64,000 bases of DNA from Nitrospirota bacterium (GCA_963701855.1 CAVPBK010000014.1:32001-96000), one strand, 5' to 3'; positions 1 through 11,156 are shown, counted from the first letter of the stretch. Notes: a model not told the origin generated them from the letters alone. Numbers and translations: made by a program.

Positions 1-262
1 GTTCGGTGATGGGAATTCGGAATTCCTCGACGCTGTCGATGTGAGGGACTTTGGAGAAAATTTCTTTCTTTTCCGAATCAAACGCGAAGATGGTGAGATC
101 TTCGGCATCGAAAATGCTGAGAATTTCTTTGCGTAGATCGAGGAGAATATGGTCAAGATCGCTGGCCGCATGGATTTGGTCCGTGATGCGCTTGACGTTC
201 TCGGCGAATACCACTTTCTGTTGAAGTTCCTGAAGGTTTTGTGGGATGGGATTGGCTTGCAT
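1..262 (-). CDS. N-terminal part of a GAF-domain protein, possibly a GspE/PulE-type secretion ATPase; runs off the window edge
   Basis: Hand translation from ATG at 262: MQANPIPQNLQELQQKVVFAENVKRITDQIHAASDLDHILLDLRKEILSIFDAEDLTIFAFDSEKKEIFSK..., a GAF-like pattern; open to position 1. Confidence 0.5.
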   Translation of the reverse strand, partial: MQANPIPQNLQELQQKVVFAENVKRITDQIHAASDLDHILLDLRKEILSIFDAEDLTIFAFDSEKKEIFSKVPHIDSVEEFRIPITE

Positions 263-476
263 TACCAGGGCTCCTGGCCATCGGCCATGTAGGTCATCAC
301 CGGACCTGTATGCTCAATGAAGAGTGGGTACGATCCTCATGACCACATGTGCCTTGAGGCAGAGATTGATGCTCAGTCTAGCTGATAACGGATGGAAGGC
401 AAGGAAAAGGCGGTTTGAGACTGGGATATTTGCGGAAGTGACAATGCGGATAAAGCCGTTGATGAGTGGATGGTGT

Positions 477-2177
477 TCAACTTGTTTGTATGCGAATCAA
501 ATGAGCCGAGACTTGCGCCGGAGGCAGCTTAAGTTTCACCCCATCCTTTCGAGTTTTGACCTCCACCACTCCTTCTGCGAGACCCTTGTCTCCGACAACA
601 ACCTGGAACGGGGCTCCAATCAGGTCTGCATCGTTGAACTTTACGCCCGCTCGTTCATCCCGATCATCCCAGAGTACTTCGAACCCTGCCGACTCCAGTT
701 CGTCGTAGAGCTGCGCAGTGACCTTGGCGGTCTGCGCTGATTGGGTGAGCGGGAGGAGATGCACATGGAACGGGGCGATGGGGAAGGGCCAGATAATGCC
801 TTTCGCGTCGTGGTTCTGTTCGATCGCCGAAGCGGCGGTGCGTCCGACGCCGATGCCGTAACATCCCATGACGGCAAGACACTCGTTGCCGTGAAGATCA
901 AGGAAGGAGGCCTTCATGGCTTCACTGTATTTGGTGCCGAGCATAAAGACATGTCCGACTTCGATGCCTTTTGTTGCCTTCAATGTCCCGTCTTTTCTCG
1001 GCGACGGATCTCCTGCGCAGGCGCTGCGGAGATCGGCAAACAGCTCAACCTGAAAGTCACGATCCCAATTTGCATCGACATGGTGCGTATCGCTCTGATT
1101 GCCGCCGATGACCACGTTGCGCAGGGATTTGACCGCGTGGTCGGCTATAATCCGAACCTGTTTCAGGCCAACGGGGCCGGCAAACCCGACCGGTGCGCCA
1201 GTGACTTGCTCGACGGTTGTGGGAGTTGCAAGCTCAAGATCAGTCACTCGCAGGAGTCGTTGAATTTTAACCTCATTCGCCTCATGGTCTCCCCGTATCA
1301 ACACGGCAACCGTGTCTTTGCCCGCCGAATAAATGAGTGTTTTCACGAGATGCGTAGGGGAGATATTCAAGAATTTTGTGACCTCTTCGACTGTCCGGCA
1401 GCGAGGCGTTTGGACGGTACGCAGAGGACGCGGGGATTCGGTATCCACCTCAGCAGGAGGCAGCACTTCGGCCTGTTCGACGTTGGCGGCGTAGGTGCCG
1501 GCATCGCTATAGACAATGGTGTTCTCTCCCGTTTCGGCGAGCACCATGAACTCGTGAGATGAACTGCCGCCGATAAGGCCGGTGTCGGCTTCCACGGCAC
1601 GGAAGGTGAGGCCGCAGCGTGTGAAGATACGATGGTAGGCATCGTACATTTTCTGATAACTGAGCCTGGCGCTCGCTTCGTCCTGATCGAAGCTGTAGGC
1701 GTCCTTCATGATGAACTCTCGTCCCCGCATAAGTCCGAAGCGGGGACGAATTTCATCTCGAAACTTTGTTTGGATCTGATAGAAGTTCAGCGGCATCTGC
1801 CGATAGGAGCGGACTTCGCGTCTGAATAGATCGGTGATCACTTCCTCATGGGTCGGTCCCAAGCAGAACTCGCGCTCGTGGCGATCCTTGAAGCGCAGCA
1901 GTTCTTTGCCGTAGAAATTCCATCGGCCGGTTTCTCGCCACAACTCCGCGGGAGAGGCAATAGGCATGAGGAGCTCTTGGGCTCCGGCTCGGTTCATTTC
2001 CTCACGAATGATCTGTTCGACCTTTCGAATGACCCTGAGGCCGAGCGGAAGGTAGGTGTAGATGCCGGCCGCCACCTTGCGAATCAGACCGGCTCGGAGC
2101 ATGAGCTTATGGCTGACGGTTTCCGCTTCGCCCGGGTCTTCTCGCAATGTAGGGATTAAGATTTGGGAGGTCCGCAT
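477..2177 (-). CDS. proS: Prolyl-tRNA synthetase
   Basis: [53 protein letters not shown]; anticodon-binding [11 protein letters not shown]. Confidence 0.98.
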   Translation of the reverse strand: MRTSQILIPTLREDPGEAETVSHKLMLRAGLIRKVAAGIYTYLPLGLRVIRKVEQIIREEMNRAGAQELLMPIASPAELWRETGRWNFYGKELLRFKDRHEREFCLGPTHEEVITDLFRREVRSYRQMPLNFYQIQTKFRDEIRPRFGLMRGREFIMKDAYSFDQDEASARLSYQKMYDAYHRIFTRCGLTFRAVEADTGLIGGSSSHEFMVLAETGENTIVYSDAGTYAANVEQAEVLPPAEVDTESPRPLRTVQTPRCRTVEEVTKFLNISPTHLVKTLIYSAGKDTVAVLIRGDHEANEVKIQRLLRVTDLELATPTTVEQVTGAPVGFAGPVGLKQVRIIADHAVKSLRNVVIGGNQSDTHHVDANWDRDFQVELFADLRSACAGDPSPRKDGTLKATKGIEVGHVFMLGTKYSEAMKASFLDLHGNECLAVMGCYGIGVGRTAASAIEQNHDAKGIIWPFPIAPFHVHLLPLTQSAQTAKVTAQLYDELESAGFEVLWDDRDERAGVKFNDADLIGAPFQVVVGDKGLAEGVVEVKTRKDGVKLKLPPAQVSAHLIRIQTS

Positions 2178-2300
2178 ATTTCTTTGAGAAAGGTCAAAAA
2201 GTCGTCAAGCCCGAACGTCATCACGCCTGATGTGCCGGTGAGCAAGGAAGTGTGTTGCTGATACGATGGTGTTCGACATTCAGGTTATCGGAGGCATGAT

Positions 2301-3692
2301 CTATCGCAAGAAGATCCGTTCGAGGTCATTCCAAAACGCAAAGATCATGACGCCAACTAACAACACGAGGCCAGCCTGTTGTGCGAGTTCTCTCTGGCGC
2401 TCACCAAGGGGTTTCCTCAGGATGCCCTCGATTAGAAAAAACAACAGATGGCCGCCGTCGAGAATGGGAATGGGGAGCAAGTTGAGGACGCCCAGATTGA
2501 TGCTTAGAATGGCGATGAGAAAGACCACACTTGAGGCCCCCTGCGCAGCGGCTTCTCCGGAAATATTGGCGATCGTCAGCGGGCCGCCGATGTTTTTGCT
2601 TGAGATATCCCCCACGATCATTTTGTAGAGGCCGATTGCGGTCAGCTCAGTCCAGCCCCACGTGGCTCCCAAGCCGTCGTAGAGCGACAGCAGCGGGGTG
2701 CTGGAACGCATGATTGTACGACCTGGCCCTTGAATGCCGATCTTGCCGACTTCGACCGACTGGCCGTTGACCATGGCCTTCTCAGCAGAAGGCGTCACAG
2801 TCAGCGGAACTCGATGCCCTTCCCGCAAAACCTCTATCTGTAACTGGTGATTGGGATTATCCTTCACGATGCCGGTCATCTGGGACCACGTATGGATCGT
2901 CTGGCCCTCGATGTTGACCACATGATCCCCGGCTTGAAGCCCTGCTTTCGCCGCCGGTGAATTTTGCATGACTGACGTAACGAGGGGCGGTGCTTCTTCG
3001 ACGCCCAGGTAGTATCCTGGCTCTTGTGCAGAGGCCTGTGGTCCGGGGGCGGTTGTGGGCGTAACCGTCAGCGTTTTGACCTGTTCGCCTCGTTTGATCT
3101 CGAGGGTCAACGCCTGTCCCTTGCTCTTCGCCACGGTGTCGAAGAGTTCATTCTTGGTCGAAATGTCTTGTCCATTGACTCGGCTGACACGATCTCCGAT
3201 CTGAATACCTGCGATATCGGCTGGAGAGCCGGGGGTCATCGCTTCGATATCGGGGGAGAGATCCTGGAACGTCGGGACAAAAAGCGGCGTTCCGGTCGCA
3301 AGCCATCCGGCAAAAATGAAATACGCCAGAATAAAGTTAAACCCAGGTCCTGCGGCGACGATCAGGACTTTGCCCCACAATCCTTTGTGCGCAAACGACC
3401 GCGCACGATCCTCCTGTGTGGTCGCCTCGGTCTCATCTTCGCCGAAGAGTTTCACGTAGCCACCGAGTGGAATGGCCGAGAGGAGATATTCTGTCTCGCC
3501 CATTTTTCTGCCGAAGAGCTTCGGTCCGAATCCAAGAGAAAACTTGAGAACCTTGACGCCGACCCAGCGAGCGGCCAGGAAATGCCCGAGCTCATGGAAT
3601 GCGACTAACACACCTAGAACGACTAGGAACCACCATGCTTTTTGTAATAACAACCAGACGGAATCGGGGGACCAGGTAAATGCCATGAACAC
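2301..3692 (-). CDS. rseP: RIP metalloprotease RseP with two PDZ domains
   Basis: HELGH zinc motif, NLLPIPILDGG, PDZ repeats; conserved position next to dxr. Confidence 0.96.
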   Translation of the reverse strand: MFMAFTWSPDSVWLLLQKAWWFLVVLGVLVAFHELGHFLAARWVGVKVLKFSLGFGPKLFGRKMGETEYLLSAIPLGGYVKLFGEDETEATTQEDRARSFAHKGLWGKVLIVAAGPGFNFILAYFIFAGWLATGTPLFVPTFQDLSPDIEAMTPGSPADIAGIQIGDRVSRVNGQDISTKNELFDTVAKSKGQALTLEIKRGEQVKTLTVTPTTAPGPQASAQEPGYYLGVEEAPPLVTSVMQNSPAAKAGLQAGDHVVNIEGQTIHTWSQMTGIVKDNPNHQLQIEVLREGHRVPLTVTPSAEKAMVNGQSVEVGKIGIQGPGRTIMRSSTPLLSLYDGLGATWGWTELTAIGLYKMIVGDISSKNIGGPLTIANISGEAAAQGASSVVFLIAILSINLGVLNLLPIPILDGGHLLFFLIEGILRKPLGERQRELAQQAGLVLLVGVMIFAFWNDLERIFLR

Positions 3693-3716
3693 GGTGTTTG
3701 CTCCTTCGTGTGAATC

Positions 3717-4877
3717 CTAGCGTGCCAACGCCACAACCAAAGATTCGGCTTTCTCTCGCGCCCAGCGATCCGCCTCCAGCGCGTCCTCCAACGTCTCGAC
3801 GTCTTTGGTCGTGTGGATGTCCATCGTGCTGTGAATGATCTTCGGAATGTCAGTGAAACGGATACCTCCGTTCAAGAATGCCTCGACGGCGATTTCATTT
3901 GCGGCATTCATCGTGGCAGGCATCGTACCGCCGATTCGCAGGGATTCATAACCAAGACCCAAGCAGGGGAACCGGTCGTGGTCCGGCTTGCAAAACGTTA
4001 ACTTCCCGATCTCCGTCAGATCCAACGAAGGCAGATCAAGCGGCATGCGCCCTGGATATCTCATCGCATAGGAAATTGGCGTTCGCATATCCGGTAATCC
4101 CAATTGCGCGATCATTGAACGATCCTGATACTCTACCAGAGAATGAATAATGCTTTCCCGATGGATCATGACCTCGATCTGGGATTCCGGGATGTCGAAG
4201 AGCCACCGGGCTTCGACAACTTCGAGTCCTTTGTTCATGAGCGTGGCAGAATCGATCGTGATTTTTGCGCCCATCTTCCAGTTGGGATGTTGGAGCGCCC
4301 GTTCTGGTGTGACGTCCTGCAGCTCCTCCCGGTCCAGGGTCCAGAGAGCCCCTCCGGACGCAGTCAAGATCAGGCGGCGGACATCCTCTTTGCGATGGCC
4401 TTCTAACGACTGGAAGATCGCACTGTGTTCGCTGTCGACCGGGAAGATACGAACGTTATGCCGTCGCGCCTCGTCCTGCATCAGTTTTCCCGCCATGACC
4501 ATCGGCTCTTTATTGGCCAAGGCGATTTGTTTTCCGCTTCGGATTGCCGCAAGAGTGGGCACGAGACCGGCTCCTCCGACGATGGCGGAGATGACGAGTT
4601 CAGCTTCGAGCGCAGAGGCGACCTGAATCAATCCTTCTTGCCCAGCCAAGATTTCGACAGGCAGTTCCGCACAGCGTTGCCGGAGCCTGGCGGCAGCGGA
4701 GGCGTTCGATAGGGCCACGACGCGGGGCTTGAACCGGCGGATCTGCTCCTCAAGCTTTTCATCGTTGCTGCCAGCTGTCAGTCCAGCCACGCGGAATTCT
4801 TCTGGGAACCGGTCCACGATATCTAAGGTGCTGGTGCCGATTGACCCAGTCGATCCGAGGATGACGATTGTTTTCAT
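3717..4877 (-). CDS. dxr: 1-deoxy-D-xylulose 5-phosphate reductoisomerase
   Basis: LGSTGSIG, ALANKE, PVDSEHSA, WKMGAKITIDSATLMNKGLE; start chosen at ATG 4877 behind GAAGGAG. Confidence 0.98.
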   Translation of the reverse strand: MKTIVILGSTGSIGTSTLDIVDRFPEEFRVAGLTAGSNDEKLEEQIRRFKPRVVALSNASAAARLRQRCAELPVEILAGQEGLIQVASALEAELVISAIVGGAGLVPTLAAIRSGKQIALANKEPMVMAGKLMQDEARRHNVRIFPVDSEHSAIFQSLEGHRKEDVRRLILTASGGALWTLDREELQDVTPERALQHPNWKMGAKITIDSATLMNKGLEVVEARWLFDIPESQIEVMIHRESIIHSLVEYQDRSMIAQLGLPDMRTPISYAMRYPGRMPLDLPSLDLTEIGKLTFCKPDHDRFPCLGLGYESLRIGGTMPATMNAANEIAVEAFLNGGIRFTDIPKIIHSTMDIHTTKDVETLEDALEADRWAREKAESLVVALAR

Positions 4878-4888
4878 AGGGGACTCCT

Positions 4889-5764
4889 TCACTCCATGAC
4901 TCGTAGCCGACTTGCCAGCGTTACATAGTAGTAGAAGACAGGGGCGGTGAACAAGAGACTATCCAGACGGTCGAGCATACCTCCATGACCCGGCAGTATC
5001 CCGCCGGAGTCCTTCATGCCGACGCTACGTTTCATGGCCGATTCGGTCAGGTCGCCCCAAAGACCTGTGATGGTCAGTAGGATGCCCAAGATCAGACAAT
5101 CGAGGCCTGACAACTCAGGGAGAAACCACCAACGGGCTACATACGCGACAATTATGGCACCGATCAACCCACCCACCAAGCCCTCGACCGTTTTCTTTGG
5201 ACTGATTGTGGGGGCCAATCGATGTCGCCCAAACAGTGTGCCGACATAATAGGCGCCGGTATCCGAGGCCCAGGTTACCAGCAGGAGAAAAAAGATCAGC
5301 CATTCACCCTGAGGCAAGAGCCTCGTCATCGAGAGCGCACTGAGTGTGAGACCGAGATAGAGTACGCCGAACAAGGTCATGGCGCCATTCCTCAGGCTCT
5401 GCTCGAGGGGAGCGCAACTAAAGAGTGGGACAGACAGAATGCCGACCAGTGTGGCCAGGAGGGCTGGAACGATGATGTCCGTCCAGTGTGTTCCGAGAAT
5501 CAGAGCGCCGAATCCTATCAGGCCGATCCCTATCAGCCAGGAATGGCTGCGGTCGCTGAGACACAATCGGTAGAACTCGAAGAGGGCGAGCCCTCCCGCT
5601 AGCACCACGATCCCGGAAAATGCGAGGGGTGGAAGATAACGAATCACGGCGTATAAGAGTGGAGCAAGAACCAGAATGGTATAGATCCGGCGGAGATCGA
5701 ATCGGGGTGCCGCTTTAGGCGCTGGTTCAGCTTGCTGTTGGCCGGCGGTTTTGTATTCCTGCAT
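4889..5764 (-). CDS. cdsA: Phosphatidate cytidylyltransferase (start uncertain, 5764 or 5785)
   Basis: SDTGAYYVG, ISPKKTVEG, KDSGGILPGHGGMLDRLDS. Confidence 0.95.
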   Translation of the reverse strand: MQEYKTAGQQQAEPAPKAAPRFDLRRIYTILVLAPLLYAVIRYLPPLAFSGIVVLAGGLALFEFYRLCLSDRSHSWLIGIGLIGFGALILGTHWTDIIVPALLATLVGILSVPLFSCAPLEQSLRNGAMTLFGVLYLGLTLSALSMTRLLPQGEWLIFFLLLVTWASDTGAYYVGTLFGRHRLAPTISPKKTVEGLVGGLIGAIIVAYVARWWFLPELSGLDCLILGILLTITGLWGDLTESAMKRSVGMKDSGGILPGHGGMLDRLDSLLFTAPVFYYYVTLASRLRVME

Positions 5765-5784
5765 GGGGAGGTTGAGATCGATCA

Positions 5785-6570
5785 CTATGACGAAATGGCG
5801 CTGAGGACACGACCGAATCGCCGCTCGCGTCGCTGGTATTCCAGCAAGGCCAATAAGAGGTCGCGGCGACGGAAGTCGGGCCACAGGGTTGGGGTGAAAT
5901 AGAGCTCGGTGTAGGCGAGCTGCCAGAGGAGAAAGTTACTGATCCGCGTTTCGCCGCTGGTGCGGATCAATAAGTCTGGATCGGGCAGGTCATGGGTGTA
6001 GAGATATTGCTTGATACAAGACTCATCCACTTCGTCCGGTTGTAGCTTTCCGTCTTGTGCGTCATGCAGGAGTTCACGCACTGCGTCCACGATCTCAGCG
6101 CGTCCGCCATAGCTGAGGGCCACGGTGAGATGCAGTTTATCGAGATGGGCGGTTTCCTGCTCGGCGGTCCGGACCCATTGGAGGGCGGAGGCCGGGAGTG
6201 AGTCGAGCCGGCCAATCATGCGCAACCGGACACCCTGCTCAATGAGTTTTGCTCGTTCCGTCGAAAGGTAGTATTCCAGCAAGCCCATGAGCGAGGAGAT
6301 TTCCTGAACGGGACGGTTCCAATTCTCTTGTGAAAATGCGTAAATGGTCAGGGCGTTAATGCCCAGTTCCAAGCAGACCGTGATCATTTCCCGGACGGAT
6401 TTGATCCCTTCTCGATGACCGGCAATGCGAGGGAGGTGTCGTAGTTCTGCCCAGCGGCCATTGCCATCCATAATAATGGCGATGTGCTTGGGTGAGAGGT
6501 CGGGCTCAAGTTTTGCGGCAAGCTCTTCTATGGATAGCTGATCTACGTCCGACAAGTCTTTCGTGTCCAT
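5785..6570 (-). CDS. uppS: Isoprenyl transferase (undecaprenyl diphosphate synthase)
   Basis: HIAIIMDGNGRWA, YAFSQENWNRP, DLLIRTSGETRISNFLLWQ. Confidence 0.97.
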   Translation of the reverse strand: MDTKDLSDVDQLSIEELAAKLEPDLSPKHIAIIMDGNGRWAELRHLPRIAGHREGIKSVREMITVCLELGINALTIYAFSQENWNRPVQEISSLMGLLEYYLSTERAKLIEQGVRLRMIGRLDSLPASALQWVRTAEQETAHLDKLHLTVALSYGGRAEIVDAVRELLHDAQDGKLQPDEVDESCIKQYLYTHDLPDPDLLIRTSGETRISNFLLWQLAYTELYFTPTLWPDFRRRDLLLALLEYQRRERRFGRVLSAISS

Positions 6571-6778
6571 AAATGTGCTGTTGGTAAAGATCCCTTCTTA
6601 CGAGTTTCGTGCGGTAGGCGAGCAAAGTCTACTGGCGAGGGTGCAGAATGTCAAACAAATTTTCGTAAAAGTCCTGTAAAAGCGATGAGTTGGATGAATT
6701 ATCATTGCGCCAGACGAAAGTGATCGGCTATACTTTGCCGTCTTTCCGCAGGCTAACCATCGTGAGGATTCGTATACC

Positions 6779-8209
6779 ATGGGGGATCTTGTTCAGTTAA
6801 CGTCCTTCGGTCTGACCGAAGGCGAGGTGATCGGGGCGCTTGGGCGGGTCAAAGTTCGCGATGTCGACTATGCCGATCTCTACTTTGAATCCTGCGTGTC
6901 TGAATCCGTCTCGATGGAAGAGTCTCTCGTGAAGCGTGCGACCAAGAGTGTATCGCAAGGTGTGGGGGTGAGAGCAACAGCGGGGGAAAAAACCGGCTTT
7001 GCCTATTCCGATGAACTGACAAAGAAGGATCTTGAACTGGCCGCGGATACGGCCCGGTATATTGCCAATTCGCCAAGCGGGACCGAGGCGGTTCCGGTGC
7101 CTGTCCGCCAACGCCCAACGCGCGATCTCTATCCAGTTGAGCAGGCACAGACCGAAGTTGCCACAGCGGATCGTGTGTCCCTCTTGAATGCCATCGATGC
7201 AGAAGCGCGCCGGTATGATCCGCGCATTAAGAATGTCATGGCTTCGTTTAACACGGAGTATAAGGTGGTCATCGTTGCCACCTCGGACGGCACGCTGATC
7301 GGGGATGTGCAGCCTCTTTCGAGACTACAAGTGACCTGTATTGCTGAAGAGAATGGCCAACGGCAAGCCGGTTCGTTCGGAGGAGGGGGCCGTGTCGGGT
7401 TTGAGTTTTATCACGAGGGCGACCGGTATCTGCGGTTTGCGCGTGAAGCGGCTCGGGAGGCGATTCTCAACCTGTCTGCCGTCGAGGCGCCGGCCGGTGT
7501 CATGCCGGTCGTGCTGGGTGGAGGCTGGCCGGGGATTTTATTGCACGAAGCCATCGGCCATGGCCTTGAGGCGGACTTCAATCGTAAGAAAACGTCAGCT
7601 TTTTCGAATCTTCTCGGCAAACGAGTAGCGTCCGATGTTTGTACGATTGTCGATGATGGGACTTTGCCGGGCCGACGAGGCTCGCTCAACATGGACGATG
7701 AAGGGACCCCGACCGGTCGTACAGTGCTCATTGAGAAGGGGATTCTCCGCGGCTACATCACCGATAAACTCAATGCGCGCCTGATGGGCATTCCTGTGAC
7801 TGGCAACGGCAGGCGAGAAAGTTACCAAAGTGTGGTGCTGCCGCGCATGACGAATACGTTCATGTTAGCTGGAACGTCGGACCCTGAGGAGATTATCCGC
7901 TCCGTCGATCGCGGACTGTATGCCGTGTCGTTTGGTGGCGGGCAGGTGGATATCACCAACGGTAAATTTGTGTTTTCTGCCAGTGAAGCCTACTTGATTG
8001 AGGGGGGAAAGGTGACGAGGCCAGTCAAGGGTGCGACATTGATCGGCAGCGGACCGGAGATTCTCACCAAGGTCTCGATGGTCGGGCATGACCTCAAGCT
8101 GGACGAGGGCATTGGCACCTGTGGCAAAGAAGGGCAATCCGTTCCAGTGGGTGTCGGTCTGCCGACCATTCGAATCGACGAAATCACCGTGGGCGGGACA
8201 CAGCGATGA
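6779..8209 (+). CDS. tldD: Metalloprotease TldD
   Basis: LLHEAIGHGLEAD, PRMTNT, CGKEGQSVPVGVGLP. Confidence 0.96.
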   Translation: MGDLVQLTSFGLTEGEVIGALGRVKVRDVDYADLYFESCVSESVSMEESLVKRATKSVSQGVGVRATAGEKTGFAYSDELTKKDLELAADTARYIANSPSGTEAVPVPVRQRPTRDLYPVEQAQTEVATADRVSLLNAIDAEARRYDPRIKNVMASFNTEYKVVIVATSDGTLIGDVQPLSRLQVTCIAEENGQRQAGSFGGGGRVGFEFYHEGDRYLRFAREAAREAILNLSAVEAPAGVMPVVLGGGWPGILLHEAIGHGLEADFNRKKTSAFSNLLGKRVASDVCTIVDDGTLPGRRGSLNMDDEGTPTGRTVLIEKGILRGYITDKLNARLMGIPVTGNGRRESYQSVVLPRMTNTFMLAGTSDPEEIIRSVDRGLYAVSFGGGQVDITNGKFVFSASEAYLIEGGKVTRPVKGATLIGSGPEILTKVSMVGHDLKLDEGIGTCGKEGQSVPVGVGLPTIRIDEITVGGTQR

Positions 8210-9573
8210 ATCAGCAGATACAACAGCGCGATGGGTATAGCCAGCTTGCGTTGGACCTTTTGGCCAAGGCAAAACGCGGTGGGGCGACGGAAGCGGACAT
8301 CATTGTCGCTGACGGCGAAACCTTTTCGGTGCAAGTCCGGTTAGGTGCCGTCGATCGCCTCACGAAAGCGCGGGAGAAGCATCTCGGTTTGCGCGTGTTT
8401 GTCGGAAAACGCTCAGCCAGTACCTCCACCTCCGATTTTTCAGCGGACTCATTGGATCAGCTCGTTGCCGAGACCTGCACCCTGGCGAAGGCTGTCGTAG
8501 AAGATCAGGTATCCGGCTTGCCGGCGGCGGATCAAATGGCGGGAGAGAAGCCAGATTTGGATCTCTACGATCCCACCCGACTCAATACAGAACAGCAAAT
8601 CGAATTGGCCAAACGTGTCGAAGCTGCTGCTATGTCTACGGATGAGCGTGTGACGAATTCGGAAGGGGGCGACTTCGATTCCTCTTCTGGCCGCGTAGTG
8701 CTGGGCAATAGTCACGGATTCTTGGGTGAGTACCAGAGTTCCAGTTTCTCCATGTCAGTATCGCCTGTTGCCACCGATCCGGAGACCGGCGCCATGCAAC
8801 GGGATTCCTGGTACGCGGTGCAACGGAAATTTGCCAAGCTGGACTCCCCGGAGGCGGTGGGACTGGAAGCGGCACGGCGGACGATCCGAAAGCTCGGGGC
8901 GAGGAAAGTGGCAACCCAACAAGTTCCTGTTGTCTTTGATGCAGAAACAGCCGGAAGTCTCATGGGGAATCTTTGCAGCGCAGTGTCGGGGTATGCCCTC
9001 TATAAAGGGGCGTCATTCCTGGCCGGCCAATTAGACAAATCGCTGGCTCCGGAGTATGTCACGGTTTACGACGATGGGCGAGTAGTCGGAGGTCTGGGCT
9101 CTCGACCGTTTGATGGCGAAGGTCTGCTGACCAGGAAGACGACGGTGGTGGAGCGAGGAGTATTGAAGAGCTACCTGCTCGATACCTACTCAGGGCGGAA
9201 GCTCGGGTTGGCTTCGACCGGCAACGCTTCCCGTAGTGTCGGCGAGAATCCATCGGTCGGTCCCACGAATTTCTATCTCGCCCCAGGGGCAAAGACCGCG
9301 CAAGACATTATCAAGACGGTGAAACAGGGCTTGTATGTCACGGACCTCATCGGTTTCGGTATCAACATGGTGACTGGTGATTATTCGCGGGGAGCTGCTG
9401 GGTTTTGGATCGAAGGGGGCGAGTTGGCCTATCCCGTGGAAGAGATCACGATTGCGGGCAATCTGAAAGACATGTTTGCGGGAATAGAAATGATCGGCAG
9501 CGATCTTGTGTTTCGCGGACGCATTGCCAGTCCGACTGTGAAGATTACAGAGATGATGGTGGCGGGAAGCTAG
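8206..9573 (+). CDS. pmbA: TldE/PmbA family protein
   Basis: SRPFDGEG, TGDYSRGAAGFWIE, YPVEEITIAGNL; ATGA overlap with tldD. Confidence 0.94.
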   Translation: MNQQIQQRDGYSQLALDLLAKAKRGGATEADIIVADGETFSVQVRLGAVDRLTKAREKHLGLRVFVGKRSASTSTSDFSADSLDQLVAETCTLAKAVVEDQVSGLPAADQMAGEKPDLDLYDPTRLNTEQQIELAKRVEAAAMSTDERVTNSEGGDFDSSSGRVVLGNSHGFLGEYQSSSFSMSVSPVATDPETGAMQRDSWYAVQRKFAKLDSPEAVGLEAARRTIRKLGARKVATQQVPVVFDAETAGSLMGNLCSAVSGYALYKGASFLAGQLDKSLAPEYVTVYDDGRVVGGLGSRPFDGEGLLTRKTTVVERGVLKSYLLDTYSGRKLGLASTGNASRSVGENPSVGPTNFYLAPGAKTAQDIIKTVKQGLYVTDLIGFGINMVTGDYSRGAAGFWIEGGELAYPVEEITIAGNLKDMFAGIEMIGSDLVFRGRIASPTVKITEMMVAGS

Positions 9574-9674
9574 GAGCAGATGGCAGATAGCGCATAGCTG
9601 ATGGTTCGGATGCGAAGCGCAATGCTTTCCCATATGCCCTTAGCCATAAGCTCTTCATCCCAGCGAGGTAAGCC

Positions 9675-10385
9675 ATGGCCGAGTCAATCAGGGAAACGTT
9701 GGTCCAGTATCCCGGCGACAAGGTGACGATGCGGGCCTATGTCGCTGCCCCGCAAACCAAGGAGCGACGCCCAGCGATTATCGTGATTCAGGAATGGTGG
9801 GGACTGACCGAACATATCAAGGGCGTGGCAAGGCGCTATGCCGCTGAGGGGTATGTGGCGGTCGCTCCGGATTTGTACTCCCGATTAGGGAACGCCCTCA
9901 CCACCGATCCCGGCGAGGCAGGCAAGTTGATGAATACGCTCCAGCAGGAAGATGGACTCAAGGATCTCAATGCCACCGTTGCCTATCTCAAGTCCGTTCC
10001 TGAGGTCGACGCCACGAAAATCGGAGTGACCGGATTCTGCATGGGCGGATCCTATGCGCTCATGCTGCCTTGTGTGAACAAAGATATTAAGGCCGCCGTG
10101 CCGTTCTATGGTCAGGTGCCGAATCCCGATGCGCCGCTGCAACAGCTGTCGGCTCCTGTCCTCTACCTCTATGGAGAGGATGACGGCTGGATTACCAAGG
10201 CGGATGTTCAGCGGCTCGCGGCAGGCTTCAAGAAATACAATAAGTCCGGCGAGATCAAAACCTATCCCGGCGCGCCCCATGCTTTTTTTCGAGATACAGA
10301 TAAGACCGTCTATCGTTCTGAGGCAGCCCAAGACGCCTGGATTCGCGCCACAGCATTTTTCAAACAGCACTTGAGATCGTCGTAA
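9675..10385 (+). CDS. Dienelactone hydrolase family protein
   Basis: IQEWWGL, GFCMGG nucleophile elbow, YPGAPHAF. Confidence 0.92.
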   Translation: MAESIRETLVQYPGDKVTMRAYVAAPQTKERRPAIIVIQEWWGLTEHIKGVARRYAAEGYVAVAPDLYSRLGNALTTDPGEAGKLMNTLQQEDGLKDLNATVAYLKSVPEVDATKIGVTGFCMGGSYALMLPCVNKDIKAAVPFYGQVPNPDAPLQQLSAPVLYLYGEDDGWITKADVQRLAAGFKKYNKSGEIKTYPGAPHAFFRDTDKTVYRSEAAQDAWIRATAFFKQHLRSS

Positions 10386-10402
10386 GAGGAGTTAGAAGTT
10401 TT

Positions 10403-10858
10403 ATGCCGCTTGATGTCGAAATCGGAAAGACCATGCTCCAGTTGATTACGTCGCGATACGACGACCGGCATTGGCGCAAGAGGATAGAAAAGACCTTGGG
10501 TTTGCCTCAATCCGGTGTCGGAGATCCTGCGCAACAGCAGATATTCATGTATCTCAAGATCGGTCTCAAGGCCTACAAGTCGCGCCGGGCCGATCCTGAC
10601 TCCTGGATTATCGGAGGGTATGCGACGAAAGAAATTATTGATCGAGCCAAGTTTCAACCTCAGCTGGTCGGTCCAAACGTGACGAAGGATGATGTGGCAT
10701 TTCTCGGCAGCGATCCGGGGAAAGAGATCGACGAAGCCTGGTGGGATGAGATGCTGGTGTCCTGGTTCGATGTGCCGGAAGAAGAAAAGCCTGCCGAAGA
10801 AGAAGCTGCCGAGTCCACCGGTTCAGACCCCTCGTTCACCATCAAAGCGAAAGTCTAG
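10403..10858 (+). CDS. Hypothetical protein
   Basis: 151-aa ORF with AGGAG upstream, co-directional with the operon, acidic tail; no recognisable motif. Confidence 0.7.
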   Translation: MPLDVEIGKTMLQLITSRYDDRHWRKRIEKTLGLPQSGVGDPAQQQIFMYLKIGLKAYKSRRADPDSWIIGGYATKEIIDRAKFQPQLVGPNVTKDDVAFLGSDPGKEIDEAWWDEMLVSWFDVPEEEKPAEEEAAESTGSDPSFTIKAKV

Positions 10859-10943
10859 GACCGACGCCCGCTGCTGCTTCCGCTCTTGCCAGCAGGGGGT
10901 GGTCGCCCGGGAGGATGCGCGCCGCCGCAAGACCTCCTGAATC

Positions 10944-11054
10944 ACCCAACTACGCCTTACTCGCTCGAAGCCTGTAAACTCGCCGAGCCTCAAACAATAC
11001 AGGCTTCGCCGTTGCAGCGGAAGAGCAACGGCCGCGAGTTGCGGCAAGTTGTGT
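10944..11054. other. attC-like or branched stem-loop element
   Basis: Ends ACCCAAC / GTTGTGT, inner ACTCGC/GCGAGT stem, two internal hairpins GAAGCCTGTA/TACAGGCTTC and GCCGTTGC/GCAACGGC. Confidence 0.45.
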
Positions 11055-11156
11055 CCCGATTCATCCGGTCATCGGCGGCAACGATCCTCCCGAACGACTT
11101 TGAGGAATAAACTGAGCGAGCTTGAAAGGATTTATAGAGACAGATGCGAAGCGTCG

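Noticed and set aside
6779..10385. tldD/pmbA as part of a RiPP or microcin cluster
   Set aside because: No precursor peptide, YcaO or transporter adjacent; looks like the ordinary housekeeping pair
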